Below are positions 24,201-36,200 of a stretch of DNA of 64,000 nucleotides, in pieces. The DNA is from Lama guanicoe (taxonomy: Eukaryota): NCBI GenBank assembly GCA_013239625.1, contig MU054466.1:496001-560000 (forward strand). Reading direction: 5' to 3'. Numbering within the stretch: the stretch's first letter is position 1; each line of letters opens with the position of its first letter. The notes under the pieces are model-generated. The model saw only the letters and a list, made by a program, of their open reading frames with translations. It searched no databases and was not told the DNA's origin. The translations under genes were made by a program, and so were the position numbers.

Positions 24201-27200
24201 CCCGGAGACTTACCACGTGCACTTACCTTGGGCGGCCCCAGACGCACCTCCCTGGCCGGCCGCGGGTGGAGTCTCGCTGCGCCAGACCTGCACCGACCTG
24301 ACCCTGAGTGTGGTCAGCGCGCTCTGTCTTTGTTATGGGCCCTCCCTGCCTCCTGCGAAGGCCGGCTCACGTCCGTTCCTGTTCCTCCCTTTTCTGCCTC
24401 CCGACCCCGGACGTTGGTGACAGCTCTGCATGCGGCTCCGGCGGTTGCCTCTTCCGAGGAGGGTCCGTTTCCCTGGGTCAGCTTCCTGACTCGTCTTTGC
24501 GGTTTGGTGTCTTGAGTCATAAAGAAAGTCTGTTGTCTTATCGTCCATGAGGTTCATGGTTTTGTCTCGCATGTTGGGGTTCCTGGTCCACCTGGAATTG
24601 GCCTACGTGTGTGGTGTGAAGTAGGGGTCTGGTTTTTCTCGAGTTTTCAGCCGTGTGGATGATCGGCTGAGCACCACTTACTGCAACTGGCCCTCCTTGG
24701 CCTGCTGACCCGTGGCGCTCCTCTGTCGTCACTTGTGGCCGTGGTCACGGCTGTGTGTCTGTCCTCTCTTCCGGCCGCTGCCCGGGCTCCGCAGCCACAC
24801 CAGCGCCAGAGTGGCCACGTCCCTGCGACTGTCCCGCCCCCGCCCATCAGGGCCCCGCCTGCTTTCCTCAGGAGCCCCGCCCGCTCCAGCCCGAGGGCGG
24901 GCGTGGGCTGCCCGTATTTTCTGGTCTTTGACATTGCTCAGAAGGTTAGGGGGCTTCTCCTTGAAAGTTTTTCTGTCATTTGCTAGCTTGTTCTGAGGTA
25001 CCTTATGCTTTCTGCGTATTACGAAAAGCATCTTTTTTAAATGACGTTTTCAAACTGTTGGCTGCTGGAAACTGGTGAACGCTTGGCTTTACCGTTCGCT
25101 CCCCTGACTGTGGGCTCCTGGGTCTCTGCACAGACTGCCTGCTGTCCAGGAGCAGGAGCAGGGGCTCTGGCCCTGCCCCCCATTGGCTCCTTGTGCCAGC
25201 GGGGCTTCGGAACAGGGTCTGGTGGTTCATTGCAGAGGGTGCGCTGTGGGGATTTCATCATTGACTGTGTTTGTTGTGGGGCTTTTGTGTTTTGCGATAC
25301 CTTTTATCAGGTGAGAAATTTGTGTTTTATTTCCATGTCTTTTAAGTTTCTTGCACTGAAGGAGAGCTGACTCCCGTCACAGAGTGTGTGCCATTTCCTT
25401 GATCTTGCTCCTGCTTCCTCAGTTTGCTTCCCTGCCCGTTAGTGAGAGCCGGCCAGCAGGGCTTCTGAGGATTGTTTGTAGCCCTGTAGGACCTGAGACA
25501 CTCATCTCTCATGTGTTTCAGGAAAACATCAGTTTGAGCAAAGAGACCTATGAAACTAAACATTTAAGTAATCTTTGTAGTCCTCCTGTGGGCTTTGGGG
25601 TCGGGTTTAAAATGTGCCTCGTAAACAGGACGCGCACCCGTGTTGTCTAAGGCTGTTCATCGTGGTGTGATCCTTGGGAACAGAGACGCAGAGCGACCCG
25701 GCAGTCCAGGGACAGGGGCGTGAAGCTGCAACACATCTGTGCGGGGGGCGTTCTGTGATCTCTGAAGTTGTGGTGCGGAAATTATTTGAAGACATGAGAT
25801 AAGACTCACTGTAAAGTTTTAAAATGTGCCTGTGCACGCAGCACACTCCCGCCTCTCCTTGTTCTTGAAGGGGCACGTGCACACGTGTGTGTGCATGGAG
25901 GGCGGGCCTGGGACACGCGAAGGTCCACTCTTGTCTGCAGCTCTGTCTGTGCTGGGGGAGCACCCACTGTGGAAGTGGGGCGAGGGGCACGTGCCGGCAC
26001 CCTGACGCGGAGGAGGTGCCTGGCGGCTCTAGACGTGCTTGCTGTGGGTTGTTCCCTCAGGGCCTCGGTGCCTCGCAGGGCACCTGGGCCTCCAGGTGGT
26101 GGGAGTGAGGTCTTCTGCCTTTACTTCTTCCCACCTGCTCTGCGCCGGCCCCACCTCCAGTGTGGTCCTTCCGTGATGTGAGGCAGGAGCTCCTGGTGCT
26201 CACGGTAGCCGAAGGCAAGACGTGAGGAAGACCTGTTCAACGATAACTGATAACCCAGTAACCACTGCTGGCGGCTGACGTGGTTCCTTCACGTTTCCTC
26301 TTCTGCCAAGTACAGATGCAGGCTAAATGCGTCCACTCGCTGACTACATGGCTGGATCATGATGTGCTGAGTCTGGCTTCTGCTGGTGGTGTGGCGGTGA
26401 GGTTCGGGGCCTGGTGCCTGCGCCTCTGCCGCCGCCCTGACCGGGGAGCCACGTGGGCCCCGCAGGTGGGAGCTTGGAGGCTCAGTCTGCTCTCAGGAAG
26501 CCAAGCTTTTGGCTGAGGGTTAGGCAAGAAGCAGAGGTGCTGGAGGTTTTTGAGGCGAAGGTCTGGGTGAGGGGACGCCTGGGGCTGGGAGCCGGGCCTC
26601 ACAGTGTGTGGTCCCCATTCAAAATCCCGTGTGCATCAGGAGCCGGTTTTCCAAACATTAATGCGCAGGCTTATTACTGTGACACCAAATGTCTGCTTAT
26701 TTTGGCAAGTCAGGAATTCTAGGTTAATATGAAAAGGGGAACCCCAACACCCACCTTCACCTGCCCCCCTGCACACGGATGCCACTGGGTCTGCAGCCCC
26801 TGCACTCGGTCCAGACCTGGACGGGGTGCTGCTCCCGTCCTGTCCTCTCAGGCCGTCTGTCTAGGTATCACCGAAGAGGGTGAGTCAGCTGGGTGGGGAG
26901 GGAGCCGTCCAGGGGGCCACACGTCTGGAGGGCATGTCCAGGGGGCCCAGGCCCCGGCTAGCTCGAGTGCGCCTGTGATGGGGGTGGTAGGCGGTGGGGA
27001 GCCACAGAACAAAGGACAGAAGGTGGTTCTGGAATGTTCCTGCTGGATGTGGTGTGAAGGGCGGTCTGAGGCAGGAGGCTTTTGCAGCAACCTGAGTGTC
27101 AAAGGCCAGTGGCTGAGCCAGGAGGGGCAGCGGGTCTGCTGTCAGGCCCTGCAGGGCAGGATGGGGCTGAATGTGCCCACCCGCAGGCGTGGCTCCCCTG

Positions 27201-30200
27201 CAGGAGCAGAGGCGCGAGTTCTGATGCCGAGATCCTGAGTCGATGTGCACGGACTGGCTTTGGGCTGTTGGATCTCGGGCAGGGCGACCCCTTGTAGCCC
27301 TCTGTGTCCTCCTCGTGTGATGGGGACCCCGTGGCCTTGTGTGCAAGGGGTCCGGCCTGGCCCAGGCTCTGCGCGGGCCTGAGATGTGTCAGCTGCGGGT
27401 GCCCATGGGCGCCCGCCGACCCCGCTGTTTCCCACACGGGGACTCTCTTGTGCCGAGCCGTCTCCCATCAGGCTGCTGGTTTCCCTTGTCGCCTTCTTGC
27501 CCTCTCTTTAAGGAGAACAGCGGTACAGGAGGGTCTCGTTTGCCTTTTCCAAACAAGTGGCGCCAACCGGTCAGTGCAGTTTGCTGCTGTCCTGGCATAG
27601 AGCCCACTTGCCAGTGAGCGCCAGAGATGGATGGACGTTTCCAGACGTGGCTGATAGCGGGTTGCGAGGCCTTGGGGACCTTGAGTCCTGACTCCCAATG
27701 TCTTACTCCAGGTGGAGAGAAAACTGCGGATGCTTGGTGGCTGCCAAACATAGGACTACGGCGCCTTCTCCTCGTGGGTTCTGCCTGACATTTGCTCAGC
27801 CCGTAAAAAGTCATTGCCTTTAAGTGGTGTATCGGGTAGAGGCTGGCTGGCAGGAGCATTTGAGTGAAGGCCTGGGGAGAGAGAGAAGTCATCTGCTTGC
27901 TCCCCAGGGAAGAGCTGGGAACCAACACCTTTATTATCTTGGGGAGCAGAAGGGTACGGTGGGGTAGTTAAATTTGAAAGAGAATAGCACGACACACACA
28001 AAAGAGAGAGGGGGGCTTTTAACCAGAAACCTCCCTAGAGGCGAAGATTAAAGCGAACAGGTGCTGGGAAGTGTCTCTGCATATTAGAGCCTAATTAGAG
28101 CTGAAGAGGAATTCCAGACGGGCTCATCACGTGCGAGTTGCTGCAGGGTGTTTCTTGTAGGGCAAGCGTGTATTTTTGGAAATGGTGATTTAGTTTGATT
28201 AGATGTGATACTCCCACCGTATCTCCTCTGTGGCCCCAGGACCCGCTGAGTGGGCCTCACATCTTGGGCTGCCGCTGTCAAGCTGGTGGGGCCACAGAGC
28301 CGGGCCCAGCTCCCCTGCGGTGGAGACGAGCAGGTGAGGGACGAGGGACCCACTTCAGAGCGGAGCGTTGTTTCCAGGGGCGTGTCCTTGGGTGGGCTTG
28401 TGCTCCATGTGTGGCGGCTTCACGTGTGTGACCGTTTTCTGAGCGGCAGAGGGGTGGGTTCTTGCTAGTGGCCCTCTGGGTTGTGAACAGAGAAGAGGTA
28501 GGGAAGGTGTGAGTTATCGGAGGTGCGCTGCAGACCAGAGAGTTTACTTTCCGAACTAAAGGAGCAGGGCCTCGTGGGGCCCTGGGCGTCCCGTTAGGAT
28601 CACGGTCTCGGCTCAGCCTGTGAAGGTTTCCCAAAAGACAGCGCAGCCTCTGTCATCTCCGGAGGGTGCCCTGTGCGGGGGTGGCCTTGCATCACCCTGC
28701 GTGCCTTGGGGGAATCTGCTTGGCCTCCATTAGGGCCTGAGAGCTTTTAATAAACCTGAACTTTTATGTAAGGCCCCGTAATTGGACATTATGGATGTAT
28801 AATTTATATGACTCAGTGAATGGTTTATATAACGTTAAGTGATGATTTAGATAGAAAATATGACCCCCTTTTGCAGAATCTTTAAAGAAGAGCGTTGGTT
28901 CTTAATTTATTTCTAGAGCTCTGTTCGAACTCAGCATGCTTGACATAAATCAGATCTAACTGTCATTTTATGATTAATGAACATGTGTTGGCCGTTTTCC
29001 CCGTAATTAAACTGCATGTTCGTGCATCTGACAAAGCAAAGCAAGTTCCGACTTCGACGGGTTGGCGGTGGGGGTTTCCGTGAGTGTGTGTACGTGTACG
29101 CACGTACTCATTTGTTTGTGTGTTTATTTTACTAATGGACAAGGATTAAGTTTCCACAAAGTTGAGTTTTCAGACGTGTGAGTGAGGCTCTTCCAAGTCA
29201 AGATTCAGATATGAGGCCGAGAGAGCGTGTAGAGGAGGATGGGGCACAGGTGGGTGCCAGGGCGCAGGGGCCCTGGGTCTGTCTCCCACACAGCTTCAGT
29301 GCCGGGCGGGGCAGAGGGCAGGGCAGAGGGCAGGGCAGTAGGGGAGGCCTGCCAGGGGTGCCAGAGGGTGGAGTCACTCTCCTCTCTGCCTTTCATGCGC
29401 CTCAGCAGGAGTTGTAGTTCGGGGGTGACGTGAGCATGTGAAAGGAGACCTGTCACTGCTCAGCTCCCCTGAACTCACGCCCTGGACCACTGTCTCCTGT
29501 TTCAGGACGTCGACAAGTTTGGCAATGAGATCACCCAGCTGGCCCGGCCCCTGCCCGTGGAGTACCTGATCATCGACGTAAGTGTGCGTCCCGGGCCGCT
29601 GAGCTCAGGACGCCGGGGCCTCCGGCACCCGGAGGTGTTTAAATCACCAGGCTCCTGGCATCCCTGAAAAGCTCAGAATTTTAAGGGCTCTTTCTTTGGT
29701 TTTTTATTTCCTTAAAAACAACTGGAAGCACAGCAGAGGCCCACCGCCTGGGCCAGGCAGCCTCTGGGGGTCAGCGAGCCTCTCCCTGGCTCCAGGTGCG
29801 GGAGCTGCCACAGCTGGGCTCCTGGGCCACTCTGAGTCACTCCCCAGGGATGGGGCCGTGACTCTGTTCTTGAGAGAGGGCTTAGGGTAGCTCTCCAGGA
29901 GCCGGGAAGGAACCTGGGACTGACAGACACACCTTCCCCAAGTCTCAGCTCCTCCCAAGAGTGGGCCCTGCTCCCGGAGGTGTGGCCGCAGCGCAGGGGC
30001 AGGGAGGGCCAAGGGCCGAGAGCGGCATATGTGTGCAGCAGTCAGGGCTCTGTCCGGAGGGCATGGGGGGGCTCGTTTCCTAACTGCTGCCTGCCAGGAT
30101 GAATTCGGGCTGCACTCGGGGTGGGCATGTGGTTCAGGCTGTAAAATGTGACTGCACTTGGAGTAGTGGGTCCCCGTGAGCCGAGCCCGTCGATGCTGCA

Positions 30201-33200
30201 TTCCGGCTGACAGCTCCCAAGAATGTCTCTGTTACCTCGGCCTTAAAGGCATCTGGTTTTAGACCCCCTAGGGTGTCATTAAGATGAGAACAGATTGATG
30301 GCACATGCACTTACGAGGGTCTGCGTGACTGAAAGCCAGCTTCCCAGGTCTTCTCTCCCAGTGGCCTCCCTGCCATTCCCTCCGCGCAGGAGCTCCCATC
30401 TCACCTGCGGGCTTGCCTCGGTAGCGTTTGGTTGATGAGGGCACACCCTGTGCTTTGGTACCCACGTGCTGTCTTCCTGCAGAAGGAGGTTGGAGCTGGT
30501 GCCCAGACGGGTGTGCTCAGCTCCTTGTCTGGCCCTGGACCCTGCCTGACCAGCAGGTCTGATGATGTCACATCTGTGACCGGCTGCTTGTTGCGGCTTC
30601 TGTGGTGGGCTCTGCAGGTGGCCAGGCGTCAGCTATTGACCAGATGGACTGGGCTGGGAGAGGGTTTGAGCACAAGACAGGGCGCCCGACGCCCTGCGTC
30701 CTGTCCCCCGAGCGTCTGGGGTGTTCACAGACTGCCCTCTGAACTTTAGTCCTGTCGCTCTCCAAGGGGCGGTCGCAGGTCTGCAGGTGCTTCCCTTAAG
30801 TCCGTGTTTGCTTACTAGTGGGTATCCCGTTGCTGGCAGTCCGCGGAGCTCTGCCTCTGCAGCACAGATGGCCCCTCTGCCACCCTGAGAATCCTGACAG
30901 CCGCTGGGCCTGCGCCCCACATGTGCCGCCCTTTCCGAGGGCCCGACGTGTGTGAATGCAAGGCTGCCCTCACGGCAGCCTCAGGAGGCACAGGTGCTCC
31001 GTCATCCCACCTGTCAGATGAGCAGAGCGAGGCCTCGGGCCGAAGCCATGGAGGCCGCACAGTGGGACGTGGTCCCACGCTCCAGTCCACGTCCTGTGGC
31101 CCGCGACTGCATAGTCTCCCCAGTAACAGCCCGGCGGGGCCCAGCGCGCCGTTCGCAGCCCTGGCCCAGTCACAGCGGGTTCCGGGCCAGCCAGCTGGCA
31201 CAGCTCCTGCCTTCCCTGACGCAGAAAACAGACCAGAGCGACATTTCCATTCCTTAGAAATAGTCCCAAAGGGACCAGAATAGCTGCCCTAAGTCTGGGT
31301 GAGGTGAATTGCTGCCGCTAGTGTCACATTGCAGAGGAGACATTGCGTCAGCTGAAAGGTGGTTGGTAGCTCACATTTGGGTGCTTTTGTGAGGAGGGGC
31401 ACCTGCCAGGGGGAAGGGAAATGGTGTTCGTACTGGTTCTTGCACACCTGCCGCTGTCCGGCAGCTCCCATCGGCTGTCGTTGGGTTCAGAATGCCCTGT
31501 CACTACTGAAGCACGTCTGAGCCGGGGGAAGGGCTGAGGCTCCCCTTCGGACTTGATTGAGCTCTTGATTCAGTCGCTTCTGCAGCCCCTGGCGTCCCCC
31601 CTGCCCAGATGCGCCTGCTCTGCGCGTGCATGGTGCCTGGGAGCCCAGAGGGGCCTCAGCCCACTGGAGGGCTGGGCTGCACGTGCCCCCCAGCCACGCC
31701 CTGAGACGGCGCTGGTGCCCCCCGTTCCGCTCCCGCGGCCCCTCTCCAGCTCACCTTGGGCAGAGGGAGGGCAGCTGTGTGCGCGGCTGTCTGGGGGCTG
31801 GATTTAGGACACTGCCCACCGGCACCGAGATCTCGACCAATATTAAGGATGATACTTTAGTTTGTGTCCCGGAGTCAGGGTTTCAGAGTTCTCATCTCGG
31901 GGCTGTGCTGGTGGACGCGCGGTCCCTCAGCAGGAGCCGGTGCTGCGAGTAGCTCGGGGCTCTGGGCGGGGTGTGCTCAGCCCACACCCTCTTTACAGCA
32001 CAAGTGATTTACCGTGGGTTTGTGTTTCTGTCCATTAGATCACAACAACTTTCCCCAAGGATCCTGTTTATACTTTTTCTATTTCACAAAATCCATTTCC
32101 TATTGAAAACCGGGATGTGTTGGGTGAGACACAGGTAAGCTTTTTATCTTTAGAAACATAACTTAAAGTAACTACTGCTTGTTTGTCTAGTGACACTGTT
32201 GTTTTCCAGAAAGTCCCAAGGTTTCTAACTCTCCTGATGTGTCCTTGTGACAGAGCCTGGCTGGGCCTTTGTCTGAGACGCTGTTGATCACACGAGCCCC
32301 TCTGGGGCGAGGTGGTGCAGGCCGCGGGAGGTGAATCCCCTTAAGTCAGGCCTGGGGCCAGGAGGACCGTTCTCAGGGGCCTGCTTCCCTGAGCATCTTG
32401 TGTCCTCTGACAGCTGTGTCGCTGCTCAGTGGTAACGGATGGCCCGGTCTCTGAGGCCGCGTGCTCTGCCCTGCCTCTTCACCCCGCCATGTTTCTCCCA
32501 CCATCGAGCTGCAGGGCCTCAGGCGGCCTGGCCACCTGGGCGCTGGGGCACGCAGCGCTGACCTGCTCCCACCTGCACGCCAGGCCAGGTCAGGGCTGCT
32601 GGGACTGCCTTGTGGTGCCACAGCCTGAGCTGTTAACGGGCATCGCAGAGAGGGGCCTGGTGGGAGGACGCGCAGTGAGGTTTCCTTCTGAAGCGGCAGT
32701 TAGTCTACGGAAGCTCTCTGGTTTCCTCGCTGCCCCTCCGCCAGGTGCTCGTAGGGGTGCGGAGGCTCTTCCTGGGGGAGGGTCTCAAGTCGCTTGTTTC
32801 GGTCCTGCAGAAAGTGCTAGTATCACACACCCCAGCCTGCCCCTCAGTGCAGCACAGCTAGTCAGCAGCAGCGTCTGGACAGCCGGGTCTGTCCCCGCCC
32901 CCAGGCGCCCTCCCCACGCCCTCCCCCACCTGGAGGGAAGTCGGGACGTGTCTCACAGCCAAGCCAGCTTTATGAACATGCGTGTCTTCCATAAGTCAGG
33001 TGCGCGGAGAGCGTTTTCCTGGGAGATGAGGGCGGATTCTGTAGCTCTGGGCTCCTCTGTCTCAGGGTCCCGGCCAGTGGTTCTAGAAGCAGAGGGCAAG
33101 GCGGCCATCAGCACTGAACGTGGTCGGTCTCGTCTTCGTAGGACATGGCTCTCCCTCGGGTCTGGCTCTGGGGACTGTCATGGAGCGTTTATGTCTTTCT

Positions 33201-36200
33201 CCTCCCTCGCCCACCGCTCCAGGACTTCCACAGTCTGGCTACCTACCTGTCCCAGAACACCTCATCTGTGTTCCTGGATACCATCTCGGATTTCCACCTC
33301 CTGCTGTTTCTGGTCACCAACGAAGTCATGCCTCTGCAGGTGCGGGCCAGGGTGGGAGCATGGCTGGAAAGCCGGGTCGAGGTCCCCCTTATTAATCTGT
33401 CCCCTGGGCAGCAGCTTTGCACAAGGGCCTTGACAGAAAGGTGAATTTTTCACACTTAGCATTTGCACTGAGACAGCTTCTTGGAAGGTGCATGATGAGG
33501 CCGGTTCCTCTGTTAGAATCGTGTGGAATGCAGAGGCCGCTTAGCTCTGTTTCCTTCTAGTGTGGAACGTTAGGGATCCAACAATTTAAAAAATTCCTGT
33601 CCGAGCAGTTTCAGAATTACAGCCTCTGCTTCATCCTGATACCTCCCCTCCTCCCAAATCAACTCCGGTTTATTGCCTTGGCCCAGAATGTTGGCCAGCG
33701 TCCAGGCCCCGGTGCACAGCTTGCACAGCTAGCGTTTTTAAGACTCTCTGTGGTTGGGGGGAGGACGGGTCTCGGATGGCGGCTGCCCCCTGAGCAGCAC
33801 AAGGGCAGCGGGTCCAGCCAGGAGGCCCCGTGCGTGGGCTGTGTCGTGGATGTCCCGTGGATGTTTCCTGAGGTCACAGCGTGGAAAGGAGAGCCCCCAC
33901 CACTGCTTCTCCATATCAGGTGGTTCTGTAGCTGCTCTTGTGTCCTGCTGGGCTTGTCTTGTGTCTGTGGTTTGTCCCAAAACTGCCCACTTATGGTATT
34001 TGACACCAGGCACCCTGAGTCTTGCCGCTGGCTTTGCCTTCCCTGTTAGGCCCAGAGAGTTGCACCTCCGCCTGGGTTCGAGTGCTGGCTGGTGGGCCAG
34101 TGGTGGAAGCGTAGGGCCTCCTCACTGAGCGTGTGCTGTTTCACTTGTTCGGAGGCCTTTTCTGTGGGTGTCGTCTGAGTGTCCCTGGAAGGCTTTCTGC
34201 ATCTCCATCGTGTGAACTGTTTGGTTCTCTGCACGTGGACCCAGGAGGCCTAGGATGCGGAGAAGACAGGGAGCCCAAGGGGAGCCTGAGGGATGAAGGT
34301 GGACTGCGTGGCCAGGGCCCCTGTCAGCCATCCAGGCCCTCGGGAGGGGGCCTTGGGCCCAGACGCCCCGGGTGACAGTGCTCTTTACAGACCTAAGTGA
34401 CCACAGTGATAGTCTGGGGTTTTTGAAATTTTCTCTGAATTGTGTCTTGATGTTGGGGGAGGAGAAACTGTGAGCAAGTCTGTTTACTGTCAGTGAAGCG
34501 AGTTGAACTTCCTTTTTTGGCTTCTTGTAGGACAGCATCAGCCTGCTGCTGGAGGCCGTGAGGACCCGGAACGAGGAGCTGGCCCAGACGTGGAAGAAGT
34601 CTGAGCAGTGGGCCACCATCGAGCAGCTCTGCAGTGAGTGTCCTCCGCCGGGGCCCGGGTCGCGCGCGGCCCGCTCCGCTTGCACAGCAGCTGTGCCGTT
34701 CTTTGGGCATCTTGGGGGCAGTCTGGAAGTCAGCGTTTTAGAGAAACGGGAGCTTGAGGTCCACACACGTGTTGCTTGCGGGCTGTTCTGCCCCCTCTCC
34801 CTCTCCATCCTCGGCTTTCTGGATGGATGAGGAGGAGCAGAGTTAGGGAGTGTGGGCTCTTGTGTCTCCAGGCCCTGCGCCTCCGTGCCGCCCAGCGAGA
34901 GCTCGCCCGTCAGCCTGGGGGTGTCCCTCGCTGCCTGCACCGGGGCTGCTGACCCCCCACCCCCGGCTCAAGAGGGCAGGCGGCCGTGGTGGCCCTTCCC
35001 TGTGGCTTTGAGAAATACTGGCACACCCCCTAAGGCAGCCCTGAAAATACACACAGAGAAGTGTTCTGGCCATTTTCTCAATCAAGGGGGAAGATACTTG
35101 AGCCAAAATCAGGAAACCTGATGGAATCCAGGCCACAAGGGAGCCCAGTAGGCTCTCTCTTGACACGAAGTACCTGGGAGCTGAGTGGTCGGGCGCCGGG
35201 CAGTCATCCTGCTGCTCCCCCTCTTCAGTTTTCCTTTGCACAGTTCTGATGGCCACACTGGGAATGTGGCTGGACGTGCCGCGTGGTCTTCCTGCTCCAC
35301 GTTCTGAAACAGAGGACACTCTGTTCCCACCAAAAGCCTTACAGTGAAGCCCATGGCCTTGTGTCCTCCCGTGGACAGTGGTGCGGTGCCGCCAGCAGTC
35401 AGCACCTGGTGCAGCTCTCACACCCCCAGCACAGCAGCCCTCCGGCTCAGGTGCTTCCCACGGAAACGCTGCTGGCAGCAGTTTGGAGCCCTGTCTGAGC
35501 CCAGAGAGTGTGCACAGGGAGGCTGGGAGGTCGTCCTGGACAGACATGGGCCCTTCGGGGGACAGGAAAACCAGATCAGAGGAAGTTTCAGTCTGAGCAT
35601 TTGGCTCACTTCTGCCATCCCCACTAGACATGAGGGAAGAGCCAGTGACCTGCAGGAGCTCGTGCACAGACGGAGTGAGAAGGAACCCAGGCCGTGGCAG
35701 GCATCAGTCCCACGGCAGCAGGGCGACATGGTCTGGGCCCACTGCCTGCAGCCCCTACGGGAGAGGTCCCGGTGGTCCCTGACGCTGCTGAGAGGGGCTG
35801 CACGATCATCAGATGTGCTGCGGTTGGTGACACAAGTCAGCGGTAGTGCCACACGCAGAGCATTGCGGAGCATGAGTGACCTCAGTACAGGAAACAAAAG
35901 TCACCGGAAAGCTCTTTGTGGGAGGCCAGCACTGCAAAGGAAGAGCTAGCAAATGGGAGAGAAATAGCATCATCCTCGGTCGGAAGACAGTACAGTTCTA
36001 AGATGTCAGCTTCCCCCAAATTGATCGGTACAATCAAAAGCCCCATAGGCTTTTTTTTTTGTGCAGGGGGAGGGAGGGTAAAAAAAAGCTGTAAAATTTG
36101 CCCAGGAACGCAGAGGGCCCAGAAGGCAGCGTGAGGCGAGAACAAGCCAGAGGATGCGGTAGTGCGTGTGCCCGACGTGTAAGCTGCCGTGAGCAGGCGG

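Noticed and set aside
32429-33433. 334-aa + strand ORF in NPLOC4 intron 14 / exon 15
   Set aside because: GTG start, low-complexity Ala/Gly/Pro/Ser/Arg content, no domain, crosses exon 15 out of frame; expected in GC-rich DNA
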